NCBI GenBank assembly: GCA_965242865.1
Contig: CBDETK010000001.1
Location: forward strand, 1-41,170
Length of the DNA stretch: 41,170 nt
Reading direction: 5' to 3'
From: Candidatus Latescibacterota bacterium
Lineage (GTDB): Bacteria > Latescibacterota > UBA2968 > UBA8231
Positions within the stretch are counted from its first letter, which is position 1, and every line of letters begins with the position of its first letter. Both the position numbers and the translations under genes were made by a program. This document shows positions 18,567-27,733 of this stretch, in pieces. Under the pieces are notes generated by a model. It was given only the letters and a program-made list of their open reading frames with translations. It ran no database searches and was not told the origin of the DNA.

Positions 18567-19095
18567 TCGTTGCGGACTCCGTCAACTGCCGCCCTCCAGT
18601 CCGCGACGGCGACTTGGGACACTCAGGGAGTCCGATCATCACCTGGTGCGAATCGGAGCCTTCCGAGGTCCAGGTCCGGGGCGGTGCCGGGGACACGATG
18701 GACCGGCTCGCCTAGGGCTCGGAGCGGCATCTCGTTCGCGCCGACCCAGCCTGGCCCGAACGTTGCTATACTTGGTAGCGGAATCGGGGTTCCGTCAGGG
18801 CACACCCGTGGCATGCCCTGATCAGCCTCGGCGGGAACTGTACCCGTACCTCCATGTTGACGTTCCAAGACGTAGTGATGCGGCTCAAGGACTATTGGGC
18901 TCGCCAAGGGTGCATCATTCAGGCGCCGTTCGACTGCGAGGTCGGAGCCGGCACCATGTGCCCGGAGACGTTCCTCAGGGTTCTCGGGCCGGAACCGTAC
19001 CGCGTTGCGTACGTTCAGCCCAGCCGACGGCCGACCGACGGCCGCTACGGCGAGAACCCGAACCGGCTGTACAAACACATGCAGCTGCAGGTGAT
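18567..19095 (+). repeat. Intact counterpart of the degenerate repeat at 16719-17170
   Basis: See the alignment evidence under 16719-17170. Confidence 0.9.
18764..18772 (+). promoter_or_regulatory. Extended -10 promoter element for glyQS
   Basis: TGcTATACT 81 nt upstream of the glyQ ATG; the degenerate copy has TCcTATGCT at the equivalent position. Confidence 0.55.
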
Positions 19096-19756
19096 TCTCA
19101 AGCCCGCGCCCGACGACGTGGTCGAGCTGTACCTCAAGAGCTTGGAAGAAATCGGGATCGATCTGACCAAGCACGATTGCAAGCTCGAAGAGGATAACTG
19201 GGAGTCTCCCACGCTAGGCGCTTGGGGGGTTGGCTGGCAGGTCATGCTGGACGGCCTCGAAATCACGCAGTTCACATACTTCCAGCAGTGCGGGGGACAG
19301 GACCTGGATACCGCGCCCGCGGAGTTGACGTACGGGCTGGAAAGGCTCACCGCGTTCATTCAAGACGTCGAGAGCGTCTATGACATCCAGTGGAACGACC
19401 GCTGGACGTACGGTGATGTCCGGCTGACCGACGAAGAGCAGTACTCGACGTACAACTTCGACGAGGCCGATGTCGACTTCGTGTGGCGAGAGTTCAAGCT
19501 CCACGAAGCCGAGTGCAAGCGCCTGATCGCCGCCTTCCACGAACGCGAAGACCCGCAGGCTCGACGTCGCTTCCCCTTGCTCGCGGCATTCGACCAGACG
19601 CTGAAATGCTCCCACTTGTTCAACACGTTGCAGGCGCGCGGGGCGATCAGCGTGACGGAGCGGGCTCAAGTGATTCAACGCGTGCGGAGCTTGGCGGTAG
19701 CGGTCGCGAACGCGTGGGTCGAGCAGCGAGAGGGACTCGCAGAGGTGACCGCATGA
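18854..19756 (+). CDS. glyQ: Glycine--tRNA ligase alpha subunit
   Basis: [61 protein letters not shown] and KCSHLFN motifs. Confidence 0.98.
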   Translation: MLTFQDVVMRLKDYWARQGCIIQAPFDCEVGAGTMCPETFLRVLGPEPYRVAYVQPSRRPTDGRYGENPNRLYKHMQLQVILKPAPDDVVELYLKSLEEIGIDLTKHDCKLEEDNWESPTLGAWGVGWQVMLDGLEITQFTYFQQCGGQDLDTAPAELTYGLERLTAFIQDVESVYDIQWNDRWTYGDVRLTDEEQYSTYNFDEADVDFVWREFKLHEAECKRLIAAFHEREDPQARRRFPLLAAFDQTLKCSHLFNTLQARGAISVTERAQVIQRVRSLAVAVANAWVEQREGLAEVTA

Positions 19757-21828
19757 GCGATCTCCTGCTTGAAATCGGCACCGAGGAAATCCCGGCCCGC
19801 ATGATTGACGCGGCGCGTCAGGAATTGCAGCGTCTCACGCTCGAGGCGCTGAAGCGGGTGGACCTCGAAGCTGGCGTCCAGATCGCCGTGGAGGCGACTC
19901 CCCGCAGACTTGCATTGATCGCCGAGAACCTGCCGCCCAAACAAGAGGACCGCACCCTGACGATCTACGGCCCGGCCCAGAACATCGCGTTCGACCCGGA
20001 CGGCAACGCAACCCAGGCGGCGCTCGGCTTCGCGCAGAAGACGGGCACACCCGTCGACGAAATGAAGGTGAGCCCCGACGGCAAGCTCTGCGTCGAGCGT
20101 CCGCTGCTCGGTCGCTCCGCAGCGGACTTGCTGGCGGAAATCCTGCCCGAGGTGATCCTCGGCATCCATTTCCCCCGCAGCATGCATTGGACCGGTCGCA
20201 ACGGACCGCGCTTCATCCGTCCGATCCGCTGGATCGTGGCCTTGCTGGACGGAGAGGTAGTGCCGTTCAAGATCGGCGGGGTCGCCTCTTCCAACGAGAC
20301 TTGGGGTCACCGCAGGCTCGGTTCCGGAGCGCTCGCGGTAACCGGTGCCGACGATTACCGCAGCGCCCTCGCGGCGAACGGAGTGGTGCTCTCGACGGAG
20401 GAGCGCTGTCGCAGGATCGCGAGCGAATCGGAGGCTCTAGTCCCCGCGGGACTGCGCGTCCGCAGCAATCCCAGGCTCCTGCGGACACTCGCGTACGAGA
20501 CCGAATTCCCTAGCGCCGTGCTGGGGTCCTTCGACCCGGAGTACCTGGACCTTCCCGACGAAGTGCTCGAGACGGTGATGCTGACCCATCAGAAGTACTT
20601 CGCGATCGAAACGGAGAGCGGCTCCTTGGCCAATAGCTTTGTCGCGATCGCGAACTCGGGCGGTGACCCGGACGGCGAAATCCGCCGGGGGCACGAGCGC
20701 GTGCTGCGAGCTCGCTTCAACGACGCTCGCTTCTTCTGGGAGTTCGACCAGCGCCTGTCGCTCACTGACCGCGTAGAGGAACTGAAGACCGTGACGTTCC
20801 AAGCGACGCTAGGCAGCTACTGGGACAAGACCGAGAGCAACTGGGCGATAGCGCGCGGCTTGGTCACTGACTTGGAGTTGGACGATCCAACCGTCGACGC
20901 AACGCTACGGGCCGTGAGACTTGCGAAGTCGGACCTGACTACCGAAATGGTCGGAGAGTTTCCGGAACTTCAAGGCAAGATCGGCGGGCTCTACGCTAGA
21001 GCGCAAGGCGAAGCCCAGGAAGTCGCCGATGCGATCTACGACCACTACCTGCCAGCGGGCGCCGCGGACTCGCTTCCCCGCTCTGTCGCGGGTCAAGTGG
21101 CATCCTTGGCGGACAAGCTCGCGACCTTGGGCGGCATGTTCAAGATTGGCTTGGTTCCGACCGGCTCCAAGGATCCACTAGCTCTCCGCCGAGCCGCGTA
21201 CGGCGTTATCCGGATCATTGTCGAATGCGACTTGCCCCTCCAACTGAGCAGCTTGGTGAAGGTCGCGCGAGCGGGAGAGAACGCGTCCAGTCTGAGAGCG
21301 TTTTTCGTCGAGCGCCTGCGGCATTGGCTACAAGAATCTGGCGGCTTCACCCCGGATGTCGCGCAGGCGGTCCTAACTGCTTCGGACAATGTCCCTGTCG
21401 ACGTAGCGGCACGCGCTCGAGCCCTCGCGCACGTGCGATCCACGCCCGATTTTGCGTCACTGGCGGTGAGTTTCAAGCGCATTCGCAACATCCTCGAAAA
21501 AGCGGGAGGCACGGATGCGTTCGCAGACATCGGCCCCGACACCGCGCTGTTCGATTCGGATGCGGAAGTCGACCTGCACGAGGCGCTGGAACGGGTCGAG
21601 GACGAGATCTTCAGTCACAACTCGAGTCGGGACTACGCCGCGTCGCTGACCGAGATCGCAACGTTGAGGCCGCAGCTGGATCGGTATTTCGACGAGGTGC
21701 TCGTGATGGCCGAGGACGAGGCCGTGCGTCGCAACAGACTGGCCTTCCTCGCCCACATGCTGGTGCAACTCACGACGATCGCGGACTTCGCCGCCATCGC
21801 GCCCGAACCGTCAGGGAACCGCCCCTGA
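19753..21828 (+). CDS. glyS: Glycine--tRNA ligase beta subunit
   Basis: [69 protein letters not shown] and VRRNRL; ATGA overlap with glyQ. Confidence 0.97.
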   Translation: MSDLLLEIGTEEIPARMIDAARQELQRLTLEALKRVDLEAGVQIAVEATPRRLALIAENLPPKQEDRTLTIYGPAQNIAFDPDGNATQAALGFAQKTGTPVDEMKVSPDGKLCVERPLLGRSAADLLAEILPEVILGIHFPRSMHWTGRNGPRFIRPIRWIVALLDGEVVPFKIGGVASSNETWGHRRLGSGALAVTGADDYRSALAANGVVLSTEERCRRIASESEALVPAGLRVRSNPRLLRTLAYETEFPSAVLGSFDPEYLDLPDEVLETVMLTHQKYFAIETESGSLANSFVAIANSGGDPDGEIRRGHERVLRARFNDARFFWEFDQRLSLTDRVEELKTVTFQATLGSYWDKTESNWAIARGLVTDLELDDPTVDATLRAVRLAKSDLTTEMVGEFPELQGKIGGLYARAQGEAQEVADAIYDHYLPAGAADSLPRSVAGQVASLADKLATLGGMFKIGLVPTGSKDPLALRRAAYGVIRIIVECDLPLQLSSLVKVARAGENASSLRAFFVERLRHWLQESGGFTPDVAQAVLTASDNVPVDVAARARALAHVRSTPDFASLAVSFKRIRNILEKAGGTDAFADIGPDTALFDSDAEVDLHEALERVEDEIFSHNSSRDYAASLTEIATLRPQLDRYFDEVLVMAEDEAVRRNRLAFLAHMLVQLTTIADFAAIAPEPSGNRP

Positions 21829-21838
21829 TCCGCCCGGC

Positions 21839-22768
21839 TTACGGAGCGACAGGCTCCGGGACGTACTGCCGCAGAAAGCGCGCGCTCTGTCGCAACGAGA
21901 GCTTGCGGGCCTCCAAGGATCCCTCGTATGCTCGATCCTCGACTTCGACGCAGACCGGCCCGTCGTAACCCGTCGATGTAAGCGTCGAGAAGAACTGCCC
22001 CCAATTCACGTCACCCAAGCCGGGGAGCTTGGGCGTGTGGAACTGCAAGGGGTAGGCCAAGATCCCCACATCGTTCAAGAGGTGCCGATCGATCCGGACA
22101 TCCTTGGCATGCACGTGGAAAACGCGGTCGCGGAATTCGCGCAGCGGGGCGACGGCGTCCATGTGCATCCACGTCGGGTGCGAAGGGTCGTAGTTCAGTC
22201 CGAACGATGCGCTGGGAATGTCTTCGAACATGCGCCGCCAGATCGCGGGCGAGAAGGCGAGATTCTTGCCGCCCGGCCACTCGTCGCGGGTGAACGTCAT
22301 CGGGCAGTTCTCGATGCCGACCCGGACACCGCAATCTTCGGCGAACGCGATTAGCGGACGCCACACGCTCAGGAAGTTCGGCCAGTTCTCTTCGACGGAG
22401 AGAGTCCAGTCGCGTCCCACGAACGTGTTCACGGTCTCTAGGCCAAGGGCCTGCGCTCCGCGGATCACGCGGCGAATCTGATCCTGGGCGATCCGCGCCT
22501 CGTCTTCGTCCGGAGACAACGGATTCGGGTAGTATCCGAGAGCGCTGATCTGCACGCCGTGGCGTTCGACCGACTCGCGGATCTCCGCCATCAGGGCGTC
22601 ATCGAGGCTGGCCACGTCGATGTGCGTGACCCCTGCGTAGCGACGCTCGGCCTTGCCGGGCGGCCAGCACATGACTTCGATGCAGTCGTAGCCCTCCTCC
22701 GCGCCCACCTCGCAGATCTGGTCGAAGGAGAGTTCCGGCAAGATGGCGCTGACGTAACCGAGTTGCAT
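21839..22768 (-). CDS. Sugar phosphate isomerase/epimerase (xylose isomerase-like TIM barrel)
   Basis: [28 protein letters not shown] and VEVED metal-binding motifs. Confidence 0.9.
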   Translation of the reverse strand: MQLGYVSAILPELSFDQICEVGAEEGYDCIEVMCWPPGKAERRYAGVTHIDVASLDDALMAEIRESVERHGVQISALGYYPNPLSPDEDEARIAQDQIRRVIRGAQALGLETVNTFVGRDWTLSVEENWPNFLSVWRPLIAFAEDCGVRVGIENCPMTFTRDEWPGGKNLAFSPAIWRRMFEDIPSASFGLNYDPSHPTWMHMDAVAPLREFRDRVFHVHAKDVRIDRHLLNDVGILAYPLQFHTPKLPGLGDVNWGQFFSTLTSTGYDGPVCVEVEDRAYEGSLEARKLSLRQSARFLRQYVPEPVAP

Positions 22769-22936
22769 GCCAGCCCCAGATTAGAGGATTCGGGTCGCGT
22801 GTCCGGCTGGACCGTCGGTACGACCGCCGAGGCTGGCTCGTGAGCGAAGGTCCAAGCGCAAGTCGCTCGGGCGCTGAACAGTCTGGCTCGTTCAGTGTCT
22901 GCACGGTTCGACCGACTCGATGTGCATGCCGTTTCG

Positions 22937-22970
22937 AAAAGGGAACGGCGGGGCTTGCGCCCCGCCGTTC
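22937..22970 (-). terminator. Rho-independent terminator
   Basis: Perfect 12-bp stem (22943-22954/22959-22970), GCAA tetraloop on the minus strand, followed by CCUUUU. Confidence 0.85.
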
Positions 22971-23026
22971 GTTGCAAACACAAGTTCACAAGGAGAAGGT
23001 GTTTTGAATTGCAATCGTGCTTCGTT
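22937..23026 (-). ncRNA. Candidate small RNA, copy 1 (anti-SD core plus intrinsic terminator); 5' end estimated
   Basis: Minus strand: ...ACACCUUCUCCUUGUGAAC...GAACGGCGGGGC-GCAA-GCCCCGCCGUUC-CCUUUU. Homologous to 24001-24093, including an upstream promoter-like motif. Confidence 0.7.
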
Positions 23027-23032
23027 CCCCAT

Positions 23033-23059
23033 GACGATTGAGCGGCACGGGTTTACGGC
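23033..23059 (-). promoter_or_regulatory. Putative ECF-sigma-type promoter of sRNA copy 1
   Basis: Minus strand GCCGTAAACCCGTGCCGCTCAATCGTC aligns without gaps to GCCGAAAAAGTCCGCCGCTCGCTCGTC upstream of copy 2; CGTC is a typical ECF -10. Confidence 0.55.
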
Positions 23060-23159
23060 AGGCCCCCGCGCAATCCCGGGCGGCGCGGCATGCTTTTACG
23101 AACCCTTTACATTGAATTCTCATCACGCATGACGAAACGCCCTCGATCCGACTGGCCGC

Positions 23160-23972
23160 TTACGCCGTTGAGGAGTCCAAATCCCGGTACGCGAGCAATT
23201 CAATGCCGTTGGCACCGACGGCGTCGAGCACGGCTGGATCGCACAGAGCCTGCATTTCGGCATGCCGACTCTCCTTGAGCCTCGTGTTCGCGGCGGAGAG
23301 TTCGGATCCGCAGTAGCCGGGGTGGCACACAAGCTCTCCCGTGCCCTGCGGCAACTCGCCCAGCAAGGCGACAAGCCATGCGGCATCCACGGCGCCGGTC
23401 GCCGCGAATCCGGCGAAGTAATCGCTCGTGCCGCACCCGGCCCGGGCCAGGCGCGTTTCGAACGGGACCCGCAACGAGCCCACGGCGGTCGCGATCCAGC
23501 GGCGTCCCGAGCGAACCGTCCCGAACGGAATGTCGAAAGGCTTGCGAATCCACCGGATGCCGAATTCGCGCGCGACCTCGGTTACGGCATCAAGCACGGG
23601 CGGGAAGACATGCAGGTGCTTGTGGGTGTCCAAGTGATCGAGTCCGATGCCCCGCGCCAAGAGCTGTTCCACCTGGGATCGGAATTCGCGGATCGCGTCT
23701 TCGCGCGTCGGCGGATCGACCAGCAGTCTTCCCAGCGACGGGGGCAGGGTCGTGCCGGGGCGCGCGACGGACACCCCCTCGACGAGCGTTAGGTGGCAGC
23801 CGACCGCTAGCGTGGGGCACTGGAGCGCCAAGCTGACAGCGTGCTCCAGCGCGGAGCCGTTCGCCAGCAGCGAGGCGGAGCGGACGATCCCGTGCCGGTG
23901 GGAGTGCAAGATCCCTTCGTTGACGTCCCGGGTGTACCCGAAGTCGTCAGCATTGACGATCAATCGCTTCAC
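23160..23972 (-). CDS. ChbG/HpnK (YdjC-family) carbohydrate deacetylase
   Basis: MKRLIVNADDFG, GCHLTL, HLDTHKHLH, ELVCHPGY and R..E..AL motifs. Confidence 0.93.
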   Translation of the reverse strand: MKRLIVNADDFGYTRDVNEGILHSHRHGIVRSASLLANGSALEHAVSLALQCPTLAVGCHLTLVEGVSVARPGTTLPPSLGRLLVDPPTREDAIREFRSQVEQLLARGIGLDHLDTHKHLHVFPPVLDAVTEVAREFGIRWIRKPFDIPFGTVRSGRRWIATAVGSLRVPFETRLARAGCGTSDYFAGFAATGAVDAAWLVALLGELPQGTGELVCHPGYCGSELSAANTRLKESRHAEMQALCDPAVLDAVGANGIELLAYRDLDSSTA

Positions 23973-24000
23973 ACGGGAAGCACGGTGGCAGGGGTTCCCT

Positions 24001-24035
24001 AAAAATAGAACGGCGAGGCTTGCGCCTCGCCGTTC
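24001..24035 (-). terminator. Rho-independent terminator
   Basis: Perfect 12-bp stem (24008-24019/24024-24035), GCAA loop and U5 tract on the minus strand. Confidence 0.85.
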
Positions 24036-24093
24036 GTGTCAACCACAGGTTCACAAGGAGAAGGTGTATTCGAACCGTAGTTTGTGTCAGCGT
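24001..24093 (-). ncRNA. Candidate small RNA, copy 2; 5' end estimated
   Basis: Same 19-nt core (plus strand GTTCACAAGGAGAAGGTGT at 24049-24067 and 22984-23002) and terminator GAACGGCGAGGC-GCAA-GCCUCGCCGUUC-UAUUUUU. Confidence 0.7.
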
Positions 24094-24099
24094 CTCTTA

Positions 24100-24126
24100 G
24101 ACGAGCGAGCGGCGGACTTTTTCGGC
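24100..24126 (-). promoter_or_regulatory. Putative ECF-sigma-type promoter of sRNA copy 2
   Basis: Minus strand GCCGAAAAAGTCCGCCGCTCGCTCGTC(TA), conserved with the copy 1 upstream motif. Confidence 0.55.
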
Positions 24127-24270
24127 AAGACTTGCGCACGAGCTGAAGAATATTCGCTCGTGCGGCCCGGCGCTGTCACCCTTGATAGGGAGTCGACTGG
24201 CGGCACGAGTCGGGCGAGTCGTCTTTTTCCCGCCGCCCAGCGTCTTGCCTAGTGGGCGGATGAATCGTTC

Positions 24271-24849
24271 ATGATCCCCGGATCCGAAGATCGCGCCCTC
24301 GTCCGGCGCGCGCGGCGCGGTGATGCCCGGGCCTACGCCGTTCTGGTATCGCGATGGGAGAAGAAGGTCTACAACTACCTGCTGCGCTCGCTAGGCAACC
24401 GGGAAGACGCTTTGGACGCATGCCAAGAGACGTTCTTGAAGGCGTATCGCGGCTTGCCGCGGCTCGCGGATACCGGACGATTCCCGCAATGGCTCTTTCG
24501 CATCGCCCACAACGAGGCCGCCTCCCTCCATCGTCGACCGCGGCCAGCTTCGGCAGTCGAAGACATCGAGACGACTGCGGATTTCGCGAGCCTGCCCGGG
24601 ATTCGGGTCGGAGGATTCGGCTACGGCGATGCCGAACTCGCTTTCCTCGTGGAGCAGGCACTCGGCACGCTGCCGGTGCGCCAACGCGAAGCGGTGCTCC
24701 TCAAGGTGACGTACGGGTTCAAGTTTGACGAGATCGCGGAGATTCTGGACTGTCCGGCCTCGACGGTCAAATCACGTCTGTATGCGGCCTTCGACGCTTT
24801 GCGCGAAGTGCTGGAGCCGGTTACTAATGCGAAGGAGGTACGCACGTGA
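24271..24849 (+). CDS. ECF (sigma-70 group 4) RNA polymerase sigma factor
   Basis: DALDACQETFLKAY and WLFRIAHN (region 2); LPVRQREAVLL...EIAEILDCPASTVKSRL (region 4). Confidence 0.95.
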   Translation: MIPGSEDRALVRRARRGDARAYAVLVSRWEKKVYNYLLRSLGNREDALDACQETFLKAYRGLPRLADTGRFPQWLFRIAHNEAASLHRRPRPASAVEDIETTADFASLPGIRVGGFGYGDAELAFLVEQALGTLPVRQREAVLLKVTYGFKFDEIAEILDCPASTVKSRLYAAFDALREVLEPVTNAKEVRT

Positions 24850-25508
24850 GTGTTTCACCGGAAGAAATCAGAGACTACCTGCTCGACGATTTGCCATCCC
24901 AGCGCAGGGCGGCTGTCGAAGCCGCGCTCAGGAGCGATCCGCAGGCCCGGAAGGAATTGGAAGTCCAGCGCAGGCTCTTGGGCGCACTGCGTTCCCTGCC
25001 GGAAGCGGAGGTTCCGGAGCACTCCTCGTTCGTACCGGATCCGGTACCGGCGGTAACCGCCCGCCCGGCATCCTCGCGGTGGGGCGCAGGGTACGGATTC
25101 CGCCTAGCGGCCGTCTGCGCGGCAGTGCTGGTGGGACTCTTCGGAGCGGTCTGGCTCAGTCAACCTACCGTCCAGCGCCTTCCGGATGGATGGATCGTTT
25201 CGTTCGGAGGTGCGCCGAAGGCGCCCGTTCCTCCCGGCCCGGCGGTCAGCGAGGAGCAACTCCGCGCTGCGATCCGGGAAGAAATCGAGCGGAGCTCTGC
25301 CCGTTGGGCGAGCGCGCTAATCGAAGTCTCAGCCTCGGCGGCGGGCGCGGAAGGCACCGAAGCGGAAGTCGCAGCACTCCGGCAGGAGGTCGCGGCAATG
25401 CATGCCGACTCCGTGGCCGCCTACCGATTCTTGAATGCCAAGCACGAACTTCTCAAGCGACAGCTCCTCGAATTCGATCTAGCCGCGATTCCGGAGACTC
25501 GGCCATGA
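24846..25508 (+). CDS. Probable membrane-anchored anti-sigma factor
   Basis: Overlaps the sigma stop (GTGA). N-terminal IRDYLLDDL...VEAAL resembles an anti-sigma domain without HxxxCxxC, followed by one TM helix (LAAVCAAVLVGLFGAVWL) and a coiled-coil C-terminus. Confidence 0.75.
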   Translation: MSVSPEEIRDYLLDDLPSQRRAAVEAALRSDPQARKELEVQRRLLGALRSLPEAEVPEHSSFVPDPVPAVTARPASSRWGAGYGFRLAAVCAAVLVGLFGAVWLSQPTVQRLPDGWIVSFGGAPKAPVPPGPAVSEEQLRAAIREEIERSSARWASALIEVSASAAGAEGTEAEVAALRQEVAAMHADSVAAYRFLNAKHELLKRQLLEFDLAAIPETRP

Positions 25509-26017
25509 AGATCTGTCTCGCATTGGTGATGCTGTGGGTTCCGCTCGGCGCGGCGGGCATCGAGCTGCTGGAGCCGGACCTGGTCGGGCAGATGGAAGCG
25601 CTGGAACGCGCGGTCGACCGGCGCTTCCGGCGCGCCACGGATGGCGGAGCGACCGCGATCAGCGCGACCCGCGGCATCTATCTCCCGGGATACGGCGTCG
25701 TCTTCTCGATCGAGGTCAACCTCGAGCCCGCCGCGAACCTGAGCCCGTTCCGCCGCTCTTACACCGCCGACGAGATCCGGCAGTTGAACGTTCGCAAGCG
25801 GGAGGGCCTGGAACCGTTGCGCCGAACCATGCGGATGGCTCTGGTCGACCTTGGCCCCCGCCTTACCGAACTAGCCCCGGAACTGCAGGTCGCCCTCGCG
25901 GTCTCGCTGTTCCACTTTCCATGGGAGGATCGGACGGAACTTCCCAGCCAGATCGTGATCGCGGCGGCGCGGGGCGCGCTGTCGGGCGAGACCAGGCTGA
26001 CCACGAGGTACTACTAG
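25505..26017 (+). CDS. Exported hypothetical protein
   Basis: ATGA overlap; MKICLALVMLWVPLGAAG signal peptide; GIYLPGYGVVF motif. Confidence 0.78.
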   Translation: MKICLALVMLWVPLGAAGIELLEPDLVGQMEALERAVDRRFRRATDGGATAISATRGIYLPGYGVVFSIEVNLEPAANLSPFRRSYTADEIRQLNVRKREGLEPLRRTMRMALVDLGPRLTELAPELQVALAVSLFHFPWEDRTELPSQIVIAAARGALSGETRLTTRYY

Positions 26018-26050
26018 CTCCGCCCCACGGAGCGTGGACGGGCCGCGGAG

Positions 26051-27715
26051 ATGGCGATGCAAGCAACGCGCGGGGCCCCAGCCGAGCAACCCGAGTGCCT
26101 CGGCACGGTGCTCGTCGAGAAGGGCCTGCTGCAGCAGAGCGATCTCGATCGGGCAACGCGCCTGCAAGCGGACCACGGGAGCTGTCTCGGCCGCACGCTG
26201 GTGGACTTGGGGCTGGTCAAGCCCCGCGATTTGCTGGAAGTCGAGTCCACGTACTTCGGAATCCCCTTGATCCACAAGGAGGACTTTCCGAGCGAACCGC
26301 CTTCTGTAGGTCATGTTCCGCCAGACTACCTGCGTCAGTTCCGGATGCTCCCCCTCGCGCTGGAGGGCGAGCACCTCGCGGTGGCAACGAGCGACCCGCT
26401 CGACTTGGAATCGCTCACCAGCATCAAGTCCCTGACCGGCCGACCCGTAAGGCTCGTCCTAGCCACGGAGAGCGACATTCTTGCCGCGATTGACGAGCGC
26501 TACGGCTCGCCGGAGAAGCGCGAGATCGCCGAGGCGAGCGCTGACGACATCGAGCAATTGCGCGACATGGCCTCCGAGGCTCCGGTGATTCGATACGTGA
26601 ACGCCATGATCGCGCAAGCCCTTGAAGAGCGCGCCAGCGACATTCACTTGGAGCCGCTAGAGGACGACTGCCAAGTGCGCTTTCGGATTGACGGCATCTT
26701 GGAACCCCGGAATGCCCCGCCCCGCCCGATGCGGGCGCCGGTCGTATCGAGGCTGAAGCTGATGGCGGGACTGAACATCGCCGAACGCCGCTTGCCGCAG
26801 GACGGGCGCATCGAACTCCGCATACTCGGCCGGGATCTCGACGTGCGCGTCGCCACGCTCCCGACACTCCACGGGGAATCCGTGGCGCTGCGCTTGCTCG
26901 ACCGCGCGACCTCCGGGGGCTTCAGTCTCGAATCGCTAGGCCTTGGAGAGGATCTGCTGGCGCGGGTGGCGCGCCTAGCTGCCGTGCCCCACGGCTTGCT
27001 GCTCGTGACGGGCCCGACCGGTAGCGGCAAGACGACCACGCTGCACGCCGCGCTGAAGAGCGTGAACTCCCCGACGCGCAAGATCGTGACGCTCGAGGAC
27101 CCCGTCGAGTATCGACTCGAGGGCGTCACCCAGATTCATGTCAATCCCCCGATCGGACTGACCTTCGCATCCGGGCTGCGGCACATCGTGCGGCAAGACC
27201 CGGACGTGATCATGGTGGGCGAGATTCGCGACGCCGAGACCGCCGAGACCGCCGTGCGGGCGGCCCTGACCGGGCACGCCGTGTACTCGACCTTGCATAC
27301 GAACGATTCCGCGAGCGCAATCACGCGACTGGCGGACATGGGTGTCGAACGCTATTTGCTGGCCTCCTCGGTCATCGCAGTCCTCGCCCAGCGGCTCGTG
27401 CGCCTGCTATGCGCGCGCTGCAAGACACCGAGCCGACCCGCGACCGACCCCGACGGGCGGCCCGTCCGCACCTGGCAAGCGCCCGGCTGCAAGGAATGCC
27501 GGGGCCAAGGGTACAGCGGCAGGATCGGGATCTTCGAGCTGCTGGAAATCACCGAGCCCATCCGGCAGACCGTCGCCAGCAACCACAGCGCGAGCGAACT
27601 CGGTGACGCGGCCCGGAAACAAGGCATGCGAACGCTGCAATGGGACGGATGGCAGAAGATCGAGCGGGGTCTGACAACCGTCGAGGAGGTGCTCGGCGCC
27701 ACGCCGGAAGGGTGA
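26051..27715 (+). CDS. gspE: Type II secretion ATPase
   Basis: ASDIHLEP, ERRLPQDGRI, GPTGSGKTTTL, EDPVEY, RQDPDVIMVGEIRD, STLHTND and CxxC...CxxC. Confidence 0.95.
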   Translation: MAMQATRGAPAEQPECLGTVLVEKGLLQQSDLDRATRLQADHGSCLGRTLVDLGLVKPRDLLEVESTYFGIPLIHKEDFPSEPPSVGHVPPDYLRQFRMLPLALEGEHLAVATSDPLDLESLTSIKSLTGRPVRLVLATESDILAAIDERYGSPEKREIAEASADDIEQLRDMASEAPVIRYVNAMIAQALEERASDIHLEPLEDDCQVRFRIDGILEPRNAPPRPMRAPVVSRLKLMAGLNIAERRLPQDGRIELRILGRDLDVRVATLPTLHGESVALRLLDRATSGGFSLESLGLGEDLLARVARLAAVPHGLLLVTGPTGSGKTTTLHAALKSVNSPTRKIVTLEDPVEYRLEGVTQIHVNPPIGLTFASGLRHIVRQDPDVIMVGEIRDAETAETAVRAALTGHAVYSTLHTNDSASAITRLADMGVERYLLASSVIAVLAQRLVRLLCARCKTPSRPATDPDGRPVRTWQAPGCKECRGQGYSGRIGIFELLEITEPIRQTVASNHSASELGDAARKQGMRTLQWDGWQKIERGLTTVEEVLGATPEG

Positions 27716-27733
27716 GGCGCGAGACAGGGGCAC

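Noticed and set aside
18567-18853. T-box riboswitch upstream of glyQS
   Set aside because: No T-box consensus or terminator seen, and the putative -10 leaves only a ~75-nt leader.
22984-24070. Reading the repeated element on the plus strand as an RBS (AAGGAG) plus GTG start for small peptides
   Set aside because: The SD-to-GTG spacing is only 3 nt, copy 1 would give GTG-TTT-TGA, and the GCAA loop, U-tract and promoter motif all point to the minus strand.
22937-24093. Repeat pair as a CRISPR array or IS/MITE ends
   Set aside because: Only two copies ~1 kb apart, in direct orientation, with no spacers, cas genes, transposase or target-site duplication.
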